Source: a bacterium
Lineage (GTDB): Bacteria > B130-G9
NCBI GenBank assembly: GCA_035527515.1
Contig: DATLAJ010000146.1
Span: 65,189 to 129,188, forward strand
Length of the DNA: 64,000 nucleotides
Direction of reading: 5' to 3'
In this document: piece by piece, positions 48,897-58,452 of the stretch
Numbering within the stretch: the stretch's first letter is position 1
Layout: each line of letters opens with the position of its first letter
The notes under the pieces: generated by a model
Seen by the model: the letters and a program-made list of their open reading frames with translations, nothing else
Told to the model about the DNA's origin: nothing
The model's database searches: none
Made by a program: the position numbers and the translations under genes

Positions 48897-50135
48897 ATGC
48901 GTGACGAGCGAGCCATCCTGAGCAAGGTTTCCCCGCGCAGCGGGTTCTCCGGTGAGGCTCTTCCCCTTTTCGATTCGGAACCATTTACAGCGGATGTGGT
49001 CCAACATCTTGACAACCATGCAATCCCTGTTTATCGGGGAGAGTTCTGGACATCCAAACAGAGGCAAGCTCACTCTATCCACGAAGTGTCATACCGGGGC
49101 TGTTACAAGCCACAGCTGCCTGCCTTTTTTATTAGGCGTTTTTGCGAGCCAGGCGACGTAGTTTTCGATCCATTTATGGGCCGCGGCACAACTCTCATAG
49201 AGGCACAGTTGCACGGTTGTCGAGCAATTGGGAATGACATCAATCCACTAGGTAGCATTCTCATTAGACCTAGATTATGTCCGCCTACTATGATGGAAAT
49301 CTATAAGCGATTGGCCAACCTGGATTTGCATTATGCCGGTCCAAAGGACGAGGAACTCCTCGTCTTCTTTCATCCCGACACATTGAATGAGCTATACGCC
49401 TGGAGACTGTACTTTAAGCACCGAATTAACGAGAACAAATACGACAGAACCGACGCATGGCTTCAGATGGTCGCATGTAACCGGCTTACAGGACATTCAC
49501 CAGGATTCTTCTCTGTTTACACGCTTCCGCCGAATCAGGCAGCTTCTGTGAAGAGTCAGCGACGCATCAATGACCGGAAGGAACAGCACCCCGAATATCG
49601 GGACACAAAAGAGCTCATAATGAGAAAGTCAAAACGACTTCTTCGGGACCCGTTGCCCAAGCACTTTTTTCGGAGAGATTATTCCCTCTATTGCTTATCA
49701 GCAGATAAAATGACTCCAATTCCTTCACAGTCCATTAAGCTAGTCGTAACCTCTCCACCTTTCCTTGATAATATCAACTACATCCAGGATAATTGGCTCC
49801 GAATGTGGTTCTGTGACATTCAGGTCGCGACCGACAATGTTTGGCAGTGCCACCACTTGGCTGATTGGCTAGAGAAGATGACACGGACTTTCGTGGAACT
49901 CAAGCGGCTCCTGATTGAGAATGGAATTATTGCCTTTGAAGTCGGGGAGATGCGTAAAGGTCGCCTCCAATTAGAGAATGAGGTAGTTGGGGCGGCCATC
50001 CGCGCTGGGCTGTTCCCAGAGTGCATAATGATCAATTCACAGCGCTTCACAAAAACATCGAATTGCTGGGGTGTTACTAATAACACAAGAGGCACCAATA
50101 CAAACCGGATAGTGGTTCTAAAAAAGCGTCCCTAG
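48897..50135 (+). CDS. DNA methyltransferase, N6A/N4C family (PF01555-like). Motif order I then IV; SPPF suggests N4-cytosine.
   Basis: FDPFMGRGTTLIEA (motif I / AdoMet) at about residue 92 and LVVTSPPF (motif IV) at about residue 285. AT-richer codon usage than flanking genes. Confidence 0.75.
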   Translation: MRDERAILSKVSPRSGFSGEALPLFDSEPFTADVVQHLDNHAIPVYRGEFWTSKQRQAHSIHEVSYRGCYKPQLPAFFIRRFCEPGDVVFDPFMGRGTTLIEAQLHGCRAIGNDINPLGSILIRPRLCPPTMMEIYKRLANLDLHYAGPKDEELLVFFHPDTLNELYAWRLYFKHRINENKYDRTDAWLQMVACNRLTGHSPGFFSVYTLPPNQAASVKSQRRINDRKEQHPEYRDTKELIMRKSKRLLRDPLPKHFFRRDYSLYCLSADKMTPIPSQSIKLVVTSPPFLDNINYIQDNWLRMWFCDIQVATDNVWQCHHLADWLEKMTRTFVELKRLLIENGIIAFEVGEMRKGRLQLENEVVGAAIRAGLFPECIMINSQRFTKTSNCWGVTNNTRGTNTNRIVVLKKRP

Positions 50136-50146
50136 GTGCGATTTCA

Positions 50147-50270
50147 GACCTGGCGGCGCTGGTTCCCGTCTTCGCCGCGTGCTACAGGGCGACGTCCCTG
50201 GCGAGGCAGGGGCTCGCGAGGTCGAGGGCGCACTCGAACGTGTAATAGCTCAATCGCGATGACTCGCACC
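50147..50270 (+). repeat. 124-bp direct repeat, copy 2 (right boundary of the R-M island).
   Basis: See copy 1 at 48034-48157. Confidence 0.8.
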
Positions 50271-50307
50271 GGCACGAGAGATCAAACTGGGGACTTGGGG
50301 CCAGACG

Positions 50308-50889
50308 CTAGAACTTCACCGCGGGAGCTTCCTTTGCCTCTTTCGGCGCCTCGAAGTAAGTCGCCGGGTTCGTGCCGCGTATTCTGGCAAAGATAACGCC
50401 CGGGATGCCCTTTATGAACTCGTTCAGTTCCTTCGCAGCGATATTGTAGCGGTACCTGGCGACAGAGATTCGGTTCTCGGTCCCGGCGAGCTCGTCCTGA
50501 AGGTTCAGAAAGTTCTGGCTGGCCTTGAGGTCGGGGTAATTCTCGACGACGACTAAAAGCCGCGCAAGCGCAGAAGTGAGGTTGTTGTTTGCGCCGATCT
50601 TGTCGGGAATGGTCTGGGCAGACCCGACCATGGCCCGCGCTTTGGTTATCTCGGTGAACACTTCCTTCTCGTGCTTGGCATATCCCTTTACAGTCTCGAC
50701 CAAGTTCGGCACAAGGTCGTAGCGCCTCTGAAGCTGCGTCTCGACCTGTCCCCAGGACTCGGAGACCGCCTCGTCGAGCGAGACCACTTTGTTGTAGTTG
50801 CGGACGAACCAGCCTCCTGCCATAAGAAGAAACACCGCAAGGACGACCACAATGATCAGAACAACTTTGAGGCCTTTGCTCATCGCCAT
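50308..50889 (-). CDS. LemA family protein.
   Basis: N-terminal TM (VVLIIVVVLAVFLLMAGGWF), then NYNKVVSLDEAVSESWGQVETQLQRRYDLVPNLV...NRISVARYRYNIAAKELNEFI, the LemA signature. Start at the internal MAMSKG chosen over the track start at 50937. Confidence 0.8.
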   Translation of the reverse strand: MAMSKGLKVVLIIVVVLAVFLLMAGGWFVRNYNKVVSLDEAVSESWGQVETQLQRRYDLVPNLVETVKGYAKHEKEVFTEITKARAMVGSAQTIPDKIGANNNLTSALARLLVVVENYPDLKASQNFLNLQDELAGTENRISVARYRYNIAAKELNEFIKGIPGVIFARIRGTNPATYFEAPKEAKEAPAVKF

Positions 50890-50981
50890 TTGTCTCTCCT
50901 TAGTTCTTCCAAGATATATGCAAGCATTCCACTTCAAATGGATAACGTTCCGTGAAATCCCCGGGCAAAACCCTGTTCATG

Positions 50982-51758
50982 CTACCAAGACCCTGATGCG
51001 CCGCCGCCACCGAACGAGCCTCCACCAAACCCGCCGAACCCGCCAGAGAATCCGCCCGAGCTGCCTCCGCCAGACCAGAATCCACCTCTGCTCCCCAATC
51101 CGAATAAAGAGCCAAAGAACAGCAGGCGCCAGAACATACGGAAGAAAATCAGCAAGATGAGAAGGGGCAGCAGACCAAACGCGCCGCATCCAAACCCGTG
51201 GGCGGGCTGACGCCTCAAGGCATCGACCTTGGGAAGAGCAGCCAAGCCCTCCAGTTTGACGCCGTAGATCGAGGCAACGTGCTTGGCCACGGCCGTTGTG
51301 CCCAGCACGGTCCCCTGAGCGAACCGCCCATCCTTGAAATATGACAGGAAATACTGGCGCATCATCCGCCCGGCCATGCCGTCGGTGAACTTCGCCTCGA
51401 GCCCATATCCGACCTCAATACGCATTTTCCTGTCGTCTTTGGCTATGAGGATTAAGACGCCGTTGTCCTTGCCCTTCTGGCCAACGCCCCACTCCTGAGC
51501 GAGCTCGACCGAATACGTCTCGAGGTCAAGCGGCGCTGTGGCATGCACCATGACAACGGCGACCTGCGCAGTAGTCTTCTTCTCAAGCTCGGAAAGAAGC
51601 GCTGTGAGCTTCACCTCGTCGGAGTGCTTGATGAGCCCTACGTAGTCGTTGACGTAGCCCTTGTAAGCTGGGAACTCCACACTGCCTGAGAGCGCCACCG
51701 ATGCGGCTAGAATGAGGCATAGACTAGCCGCGGCCAAAAGTTTGCTGAAACGCATCAT
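50982..51758 (-). CDS. TPM-domain protein (YgcG-like) with a C-terminal TM and glycine-rich tail.
   Basis: Signal peptide; VNDYVGLIKHSDEVKLTALLSELEKKTTAQVAVV...GVLILIAKDDRKMRIEVGYGLE TPM fold; GGFSGGFGGFGGGSFGGGGASGSW tail. Typical LemA partner. Confidence 0.75.
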   Translation of the reverse strand: MMRFSKLLAAASLCLILAASVALSGSVEFPAYKGYVNDYVGLIKHSDEVKLTALLSELEKKTTAQVAVVMVHATAPLDLETYSVELAQEWGVGQKGKDNGVLILIAKDDRKMRIEVGYGLEAKFTDGMAGRMMRQYFLSYFKDGRFAQGTVLGTTAVAKHVASIYGVKLEGLAALPKVDALRRQPAHGFGCGAFGLLPLLILLIFFRMFWRLLFFGSLFGLGSRGGFWSGGGSSGGFSGGFGGFGGGSFGGGGASGSW

Positions 51759-51766
51759 GCCCTGGC

Positions 51767-52576
51767 TCAGAGCTCGTCGATCGCGATAGCCAGCTTGTCA
51801 AGCTCAGTCAGGTAGTCGGCGAATATGCCGTCAACTGTCTTGGCGTCAGGGACCTTCATCCCCTCCTTCAGCCTGAGAATCTCGACAAACGGGTCCGCAG
51901 ACACATTAAACCTCTGCGCGGTCCTTTCGATCACATCGCGCCTTCCTTTTGGCAGCTCCTGACCCAGCAAGCGAAGCATGTTCCTGAAGACCGGGATGAA
52001 TGATGTCAGCGACTCCGTAAGCAGCGAGGCGATGTTTCTCTTCAGAAGGCCTCGTTCAAGGTAGCCCTGCCGGACGCGAATTAGCTTGCCCTTGAGCTCG
52101 TGCTCGCACTGCAATCGGACGTTGCTCCTGTCGATCTCGAGGCTCCCAAACGGGTCTTCCCCATAAAGAGCGACGTGATTCTCCTGTATCTCCAGAAACT
52201 CTATCGGAAACACGTCAGCCGACCTTCGGATGTGCTCTTCGCTAATGAACAACGGCGCAACGATGCCTTTTTTGCGGCCCTTTGCAACGACCTTGAGGCT
52301 GTTGTTGAGCGCGGCCTGGGTAACCTCACCCAGAATGATCATCAGGTTTACGTTCGAGCGTTTGGGCACAAAGTCTGAGCCAGTCGCACTACCGTAGAGA
52401 ATGATGGATTTAAGGTTCTCGCCGTGAAGCGCGATAATATCTTGGCAATATGGATTCAGGATTTGTATGACCTTTGGATTAAGCCCAGTCAGCCCTGATA
52501 GCTCTGCCATATTCATATCCTCTTCGTTTCTCTCTGCCCCGAGCAGCTCGGGACCTCTTGATCTATTCCCACTCAA
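51767..52576 (-). CDS. Hypothetical protein with a nucleotidyltransferase-like fold (catalytic Asp pair apparently replaced).
   Basis: ILYGSATGSDFVPKRSNVNLMIIL resembles the minimal-NTase hG[GS]...DxD motif, but with S-N-x-N in place of D-x-D. The rest is unrecognised. Confidence 0.35.
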   Translation of the reverse strand: MSGNRSRGPELLGAERNEEDMNMAELSGLTGLNPKVIQILNPYCQDIIALHGENLKSIILYGSATGSDFVPKRSNVNLMIILGEVTQAALNNSLKVVAKGRKKGIVAPLFISEEHIRRSADVFPIEFLEIQENHVALYGEDPFGSLEIDRSNVRLQCEHELKGKLIRVRQGYLERGLLKRNIASLLTESLTSFIPVFRNMLRLLGQELPKGRRDVIERTAQRFNVSADPFVEILRLKEGMKVPDAKTVDGIFADYLTELDKLAIAIDEL

Positions 52577-54146
52577 TTGTGCTCGGCGGCTTCGTGCTTA
52601 TGTCATAGACGACACGGTTGACCCCGTCAACCTCATTTATGATGCGGCTGGAGATCGTGCCCAGCACGTCATAAGGCAGCTTCGCCCAATCGGCTGTCAT
52701 CGCGTCGAGGCTCTTCACGACCCGGATGGCGACCGCATTCTCATAGGTGCGCTCATCCCCCATCACGCCCACGCTCTTGACCGGCAGCAACACGGCGAAC
52801 CACTGCCAAAGGTCATTACTTAGGCCAGCCCTTTCGATCTCATCCCTGACAATCGTGTCGGCCTCTCGCAAAACCCCAAGCTGAGGCGGTGCGATGGGGC
52901 CAATTACCCGAACGGCCAGGCCAGGCCCCGGGAAGGGCTGCCTCATCAGGATGCGGTCTGGAATGCCGAGATTCTTGCCGATAACTCTGACCTCATCCTT
53001 GAAGAGCTCGCGGAGCGGCTCGATGAGCTTCAGCTTCATCCGCTCCGGCAGACCCCAGACATTGTGGTGGCCTTTGATGAGAGCGGAAGGCCCCCTAACA
53101 GGGACACTCTCGATAACATCCGGATACAACGTGCCCTGGGCGAGATACTCACAGTCCTCGAGCGAACTCGCCGTCTCCTCAAACACCTCGATGAACAGGT
53201 TGCCGATTATCTTGCGCTTCTCCTGCGGATCGGAGACGCCTCTGAGGGAGGAGAGGAATCTCTCGCTCGCAGTTACAGCAATCACGTTGATGCCGAGCTC
53301 CTCCCGGAGCATAGATGTGACCTGGTTGACCTCGCCCTCTCGCAGAAGGCCGTTATCAACGAAAATCGCGACCAGGTTCTCCCCGATTGCTCTCGAGAGA
53401 AGCACAGCAACGACGGTCGAGTCGACTCCGCCGCTCGTGGCGCAGACCACCTTCCCACTGCCGATGAGCTCTCTGCATCTTGCGATCTCGTGTTCGATGA
53501 ACGAGTCCGGGGTCCAGTTTGGCCTGCAATTGCATATCCCGATGACGAAGTTCCGCAAAATGTTGCGCCCCTCGGTGGTGTGGGAGACCTCGGGATGGAA
53601 CTGAACGCCAAATACGGGCCGACTGGTGTGCCTGATGGCTGCGTTTGGTGAATTGGCAGTTCTCGCTATTGTGATAAGCTCTGGCCCGAGAGATTCAACC
53701 CTGTCGCCATGGCTCATCCAGACCGTCGTCTCACCTTGCACACCCTCACGCATTCCCTTGAAAAGATGGTCCTCCTTAAGTATCGAAAGCCTCGCGCTTC
53801 CATACTCACGACGCGACGCTCTACTGACCGTGCCCCCGAAATGCTGGCCCAAAAGCTGCATCCCGTAGCAGATGCCAAGCATCGGGACCGGCGCATCGAG
53901 GATGCGCTGGTCGGGAAGCAGCACGCCTGCGGAGGAGAGATTCGCCGGGCCACCGGACAGGATTATGCCCTTGACGCCGTCTGAGAGCACACGCGAGGCA
54001 TCCACGTTATAGGGAAGTATCTCAGAATAAACGTGGCCCTCCCGTACGCGCCTCGCGATCAGTTGGGTGTACTGGGAGCCGAAATCAAGAACTACAATGC
54101 GCTGCTGCTCAGGTGCGGTTGAAGATTCCTTATCAGGCGTGTTCAT
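52563..54146 (-). CDS. guaA: GMP synthase (glutamine-hydrolysing).
   Basis: Class I GATase (IVVLDFGSQYTQLIARRVRE, GICYGMQLL, H..E). ATP-PPase SGGVDSTV. C-terminal dimerisation domain ending PPSTIEWE. Start chosen at the internal MNTPDK (track start 54218 would overlap dnaN). Confidence 0.85.
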   Translation of the reverse strand: MNTPDKESSTAPEQQRIVVLDFGSQYTQLIARRVREGHVYSEILPYNVDASRVLSDGVKGIILSGGPANLSSAGVLLPDQRILDAPVPMLGICYGMQLLGQHFGGTVSRASRREYGSARLSILKEDHLFKGMREGVQGETTVWMSHGDRVESLGPELITIARTANSPNAAIRHTSRPVFGVQFHPEVSHTTEGRNILRNFVIGICNCRPNWTPDSFIEHEIARCRELIGSGKVVCATSGGVDSTVVAVLLSRAIGENLVAIFVDNGLLREGEVNQVTSMLREELGINVIAVTASERFLSSLRGVSDPQEKRKIIGNLFIEVFEETASSLEDCEYLAQGTLYPDVIESVPVRGPSALIKGHHNVWGLPERMKLKLIEPLRELFKDEVRVIGKNLGIPDRILMRQPFPGPGLAVRVIGPIAPPQLGVLREADTIVRDEIERAGLSNDLWQWFAVLLPVKSVGVMGDERTYENAVAIRVVKSLDAMTADWAKLPYDVLGTISSRIINEVDGVNRVVYDISTKPPSTIEWE

Positions 54147-54190
54147 CTGCCTAGCGTTTAGGAGTCGTCCCGGGACCGGCGCGTTCCCAG

Positions 54191-55417
54191 TCAGCGCCCC
54201 ATCGGCATTATGATGCAAAGCTGCGTAGGCTCATCCTCGTCGGGCTTCAACACGCATCCTGAGGTCGACTCCGTCAGCTCAAGAACGACCCTCTCTGTCT
54301 CTATGATCTTAAGCACATCCTCAAAAAAAGCAGCGTTATAGTCGATCTCAAGACTGTTCTCGTACCCCGTCTCTATGACTGGCTCCTCCGACTGGTCTCG
54401 ACTGGCCTCACGCTCCTCGTTCTGCTTCTCGATTAACTGGGCCAAGCCATCTCCCTCATACTCCGCCTCGACCTCATCGGTCGCCTCGCCGATCTCAGCG
54501 TCCTCGCCAATGAGCCTCAACAAGCCATCTCTAAAGAAGAAACGAACCCTGCGCGTTCTGGGGTCTGAACAGATTGAGACTCGCTTCAGGACTGCATCAA
54601 GCTCGTCACGGGAGACCCTCACCTTAAACTTCGATGACTTGGGAATCACTGCTCGGTAGTCCGGATAATCCGCGTCTATCAACGTGGAGAGGAAAGTTAG
54701 CCTGTCGCTCTTGAACAGGAGCCGCCGTCTGTCCAGCCCCATCTGAACAGCATCATTCTCCCCAAACAGCCGCATGATCTCCTCAATGCTCTTCCTGGGA
54801 ATGATCAATCCAACCGGCTTGTCGCCCTCGTGCTTGTAGCCTATATCTGCGAATTTGTAGGAGAGGCGATGGCTGTCGGTTGAGACCAAGATCGTCCCCG
54901 GCCCCTTGTCAGGAGCTAAAACATCCGAAACGGAAAACTCTATCAGTCCTCCGTTGAGGTATCTCCGAGCGTCATTCTCACACATCGACGAGATGACCTT
55001 GGCAAATGCAGACCGCAAAGCCCCGAAATCTATATCCGACAGACACTCAGGATCGTACTCCGGCATCGGCGGAAACTCCTCAGCCGGCAACCCAACAATC
55101 TTGAACGTTGCCCGGCCCGACTTCAGCTTCAGCCAATTGCCATCGAGCGTCTCAACCGTAACCTTTTCCTCCGGTAGCTGCCTGGCGATCTCGAAGACCT
55201 TCTTGGCCTGAACAACTATCGAACCGGACCTGGCAACCTCTGCGCCCACCTTCTCCTGAACCGACACTGTCAGGTCTGTCGCATAGATCGTGACACCATC
55301 GTCTGTTGTCTCAAGAAGCGTCTCGGAAAGCATAGGATTGATGCTCCGCTGACCAGCAATCCCTTGAATATCCTGCAATCCCTTTAGAAAGTCCGCGGCC
55401 GCGGTTACGAATCTCAT
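54191..55417 (-). CDS. dnaN: DNA polymerase III β sliding clamp, with an about 25-aa acidic insertion in domain III.
   Basis: MRFVTAAADFLKGLQDIQGIAGQRS.NPMLS..LLET.DDGVTIYATDL, ...RYLNGGLIEF..., ...LCIIMPMG. All three clamp domains are colinear with E. coli DnaN. Extra LAQLIEKQNEEREASRDQSEEPVIE lies between EAEYEGDG and TGYENSLEI. Not adjacent to dnaA. Confidence 0.75.
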   Translation of the reverse strand: MRFVTAAADFLKGLQDIQGIAGQRSINPMLSETLLETTDDGVTIYATDLTVSVQEKVGAEVARSGSIVVQAKKVFEIARQLPEEKVTVETLDGNWLKLKSGRATFKIVGLPAEEFPPMPEYDPECLSDIDFGALRSAFAKVISSMCENDARRYLNGGLIEFSVSDVLAPDKGPGTILVSTDSHRLSYKFADIGYKHEGDKPVGLIIPRKSIEEIMRLFGENDAVQMGLDRRRLLFKSDRLTFLSTLIDADYPDYRAVIPKSSKFKVRVSRDELDAVLKRVSICSDPRTRRVRFFFRDGLLRLIGEDAEIGEATDEVEAEYEGDGLAQLIEKQNEEREASRDQSEEPVIETGYENSLEIDYNAAFFEDVLKIIETERVVLELTESTSGCVLKPDEDEPTQLCIIMPMGR

Positions 55418-55449
55418 ATCGCCCTCCTAACCATCATAGTGTTTATTGT

Positions 55450-55758
55450 CTATGTGGACGGCTCCGTGTCGCTCGATGCTGCACGGTTTGCTATGCGGCC
55501 CAGCAAAAGCCGGCTCGGTTTGAACACTACCTTCTGCCTCGGCCCAACAACAACCGTCTCGCCCGTCCTGGGGTTCCTCATAAAAGTCGCCCCATAACCT
55601 CTTGCCAAAAATGAGCCAAACCCTCTGAACTCAACCCGGCGCCCGTCCTGAAGCGCCTCCCTGATAGTCTCGAAAAAAACCTCGACCATAGGCTCGACCT
55701 GCCCGCCGGGCATTGAAGTTCGCCGCGAGACAGATCGCACGAAATCAGCCCTTCTCAA
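55450..55758 (-). CDS. HU/IHF-family DNA-binding protein.
   Basis: VEFRGFGSFLARGYGATFMRNPRTGETVVVGPRQKVVFKPSRLL matches the HU arm and RNPxTGE motif. Confidence 0.75.
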   Translation of the reverse strand: MRRADFVRSVSRRTSMPGGQVEPMVEVFFETIREALQDGRRVEFRGFGSFLARGYGATFMRNPRTGETVVVGPRQKVVFKPSRLLLGRIANRAASSDTEPST

Positions 55759-55762
55759 TTCC

Positions 55763-56926
55763 TCAACTCATCCTTCCCAGCTGCCAACCTCTGAGCCTAT
55801 CCAAGACCCGACCCACGAACGGAGGCCGCCGCACAATGGCATCGTTCGGGCACACCTCGAAACAGCAATAGCATCTAATACATTTTGAATAATCTATCCG
55901 GCAGTGGTTGTCAATTGTTATGGCGCCGACGGGACAAATGTTCCGGCAATGCCCGCAGCCGGTACACTTGTCGGCCTGAACCTCGACTGCGCTTGCATGA
56001 AGGCCGAGCACGATGTCTGTCAGCCCCTCGATTATAGGATTCGCCCGCAGCAACAGCCTCGCAGGGACATGTAACTTCCGTTCGACCTGAGAAAGTGAAT
56101 CTCCCACAATCTGGACCTGGTCGAGCCTGGCCGCAAATCCCCTTGCGATCGTGTCCTTCACAGTGTGAACCCTCGTCTGCGAAAGCCCAATCGCTCCGCA
56201 CGCTACCACGTCAAGGTTGGCCGCGCCTCGTGAGGCGAGCACGATCCCGAGCTTGCATGGGCTCCCCGTCGAGGGACCGTTCCCCTGCATCCCCATGATG
56301 CCATCCATCAAACTCAACCCTCTACCGACGGCAGAATAAAGGTCAACTATCGCCTCGCTGAAACGCTCGTATCGATTGAGCCGATGAAACCGCCGTCGCT
56401 CCGAAAGCGGCAGAACAGCGAAGAAGTTCTTGACCGCCCCGGTATAGACTGTCTGAACGTGCGTCTTCAGCTTGGGCAGTGAGATGATAAGATCAGCCTC
56501 AAGAAAAAACCTTGAAACCAGCGCCGAGCTGACCTGCTTGCCGTTAGCTATATCGATTCTGTCGTAGCCGTCTTTCGACAGCGGCTCAATCGACACACCT
56601 TCCTCCTCGCACATAGCCGCGTAACCAGACCTCCTGAAACACCCCCACGTATCCTCAAGCGGGCCGGACGAATCGGACACCACGGGCTCAAGCCCGTGCG
56701 ATTTCAGGTACCTTATGACGCTACGCGTGAACTCAACGTGCGTGTTGGAACACGCCTCGGGCCTGGCCCCGTTCAGCAGGTTGATCTTAACCAATACTCG
56801 CTTGCCCACGTACTCAGCAAGCTCCGTGAACCCGATGAGCCCGGCGGCGCCAGCAATCGCCGTGTCCAGGGCCGCACGCTCGTACGACTCGCACCGAACG
56901 ACGGCGACCGGGTCCTGTGCCGTCAT
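55763..56926 (-). CDS. DUF362 domain protein with a C-terminal 2x[4Fe-4S] ferredoxin domain.
   Basis: DUF362 core (VLVKINLLNG...ISLPKLKTH...GIMGMQGNGP). C-terminal CTGCGHCRNICP...CIRCYCCFEVCP. Confidence 0.7.
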   Translation of the reverse strand: MTAQDPVAVVRCESYERAALDTAIAGAAGLIGFTELAEYVGKRVLVKINLLNGARPEACSNTHVEFTRSVIRYLKSHGLEPVVSDSSGPLEDTWGCFRRSGYAAMCEEEGVSIEPLSKDGYDRIDIANGKQVSSALVSRFFLEADLIISLPKLKTHVQTVYTGAVKNFFAVLPLSERRRFHRLNRYERFSEAIVDLYSAVGRGLSLMDGIMGMQGNGPSTGSPCKLGIVLASRGAANLDVVACGAIGLSQTRVHTVKDTIARGFAARLDQVQIVGDSLSQVERKLHVPARLLLRANPIIEGLTDIVLGLHASAVEVQADKCTGCGHCRNICPVGAITIDNHCRIDYSKCIRCYCCFEVCPNDAIVRRPPFVGRVLDRLRGWQLGRMS

Positions 56927-56933
56927 TCGCGCC

Positions 56934-58325
56934 TCAACGTTTGATGTTGCGCTGTATCAGATACAGAGGGACTAGAAGCAGAACCAATATGCCCATAAGG
57001 GATAACACAAGCGGCAGTGTATGCTCTCGCGATAGGTATTGGATATAGGCCATTGCTGCCCGGAAGTATAGCGAGATCGAGCCCTTCACCTGGCGAGTTC
57101 CCTCCACATAGACCCGATAGGCCTTTAGGTAGTCCTGCTGCTTCTCGTGCTCCTTCGCGGCTTTGACAATCACCTGAGCCCTATCTGAGCTCTCAAAATG
57201 CGCGCGCAGGGCAACAGCTGAGATGATCGCCACGAGCCCGATAATGGTAATCAACAAAACGGAGACGAGTCGCAGCTTTCTCCTGGAATCCGCCCGACTC
57301 GGCACGTGCGGCGTCATCTCGCGGGCCATTTTCTCTTCAGGGGGCTTCTTCTCGAGCTCTTCGGCTTTCTCTCCCAGCTTGGACTGTGCCATACTCTTCT
57401 CGAAATACTTCAACAGGTCCGTTGTCTTGCCGAATCGCTGGCTGGGTCTCTTGGCCATAGCCCTCAGTATCATGTAACTCACCCAGGGCGGCAGATCAGA
57501 CCTGAGCCTCATAGGAGATTCGGGAACCTGCCGAAGGTGAGCGAGAAGCACGGCCACAGACGACTCCCCGGTAAAGGGGAGCTTGCCTGTGAACATCTCA
57601 TACATGACAACGCCTAGTGAATAGATATCCGACCTGGCGTCGATGTTTCTTCCCCTAACCTGCTCAGGAGACATGTAGTCCGGCGTCCCCATTATCACCC
57701 CGGTCTGAGAGACCGAATTGCCGCCGAGGTGCCGCGCAAGCCCCAGGTCAACGATCTTGATCCCAAGGTTCTTAGTAATCAGAATGTTCTGGGGTTTTAT
57801 GTCGCGATGAACAACGCCCACGCGGTGGGCGGCATCCAGGCCCAAACACACCTGAGACATTATCGTGTAGGCTAACTCCACATCAAACGGACCCTCTCGC
57901 CTGATCATCTGTTTCAGGCTCATCCCCTCGACAAACTCCATGACCAGGATGAGCATCCCTCCGATCTCCAGAATGTCCGTCAGCCGGATTATGTTCGGAT
58001 GCACGACGCGCCTCGACATCTTCAGCTCACCCAAGAAACGTGAGCGAACCTGCTCGTCGCTCGTGAGAGAGGGCTTCAGCACCTTCAAGGCAATCACGCT
58101 GCCGGTCGTAACATCGACCGCGCGGAAAACACGGCCGAAGCCTCCTTTCCCAACCTCAGAGACTATTTCGTATCGGTCAGCAAACTTAACGCCCTTCTTG
58201 AACGAAGGCGCACCGAGGTCGGTCCTTGTATCCTCATCGTCCCCCGTCATCAGAAGACACCCGCAGCTGGAACAGTTGTTCATGTCATCCAGATTCGCCA
58301 AACCGCATTCAGGACATTGAATCAT
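56934..58325 (-). CDS. Serine/threonine protein kinase with an N-terminal zinc ribbon and a C-terminal transmembrane segment.
   Basis: MIQCPECGLANLDDMNNCSSCGC; Hanks kinase motifs GKGGFGRVF, ALKVLK, HRDIKPQNILI, DLGLA, GTPDYMSPE; TM LRLVSVLLITIIGLVAIISAVAL. Confidence 0.85.
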   Translation of the reverse strand: MIQCPECGLANLDDMNNCSSCGCLLMTGDDEDTRTDLGAPSFKKGVKFADRYEIVSEVGKGGFGRVFRAVDVTTGSVIALKVLKPSLTSDEQVRSRFLGELKMSRRVVHPNIIRLTDILEIGGMLILVMEFVEGMSLKQMIRREGPFDVELAYTIMSQVCLGLDAAHRVGVVHRDIKPQNILITKNLGIKIVDLGLARHLGGNSVSQTGVIMGTPDYMSPEQVRGRNIDARSDIYSLGVVMYEMFTGKLPFTGESSVAVLLAHLRQVPESPMRLRSDLPPWVSYMILRAMAKRPSQRFGKTTDLLKYFEKSMAQSKLGEKAEELEKKPPEEKMAREMTPHVPSRADSRRKLRLVSVLLITIIGLVAIISAVALRAHFESSDRAQVIVKAAKEHEKQQDYLKAYRVYVEGTRQVKGSISLYFRAAMAYIQYLSREHTLPLVLSLMGILVLLLVPLYLIQRNIKR

Positions 58326-58452
58326 TGCTGCGTTTGCTCCAGTGCCTTGTCTCGAACAGCCCGATCACATACCAGACAGTAGCGCATTTGCTCTTTAGTC
58401 GCAAGTCCTCGGTCGAGCCCGACCGGGATGAAGCTGACGTCGAGAGGAGAGC

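Noticed and set aside
52894-53651. Track ORFs 52894..53604(+), 53064..53651(+), 53282..53611(-) and 53709..53984(+).
   Set aside because: Antisense or off-frame within guaA.
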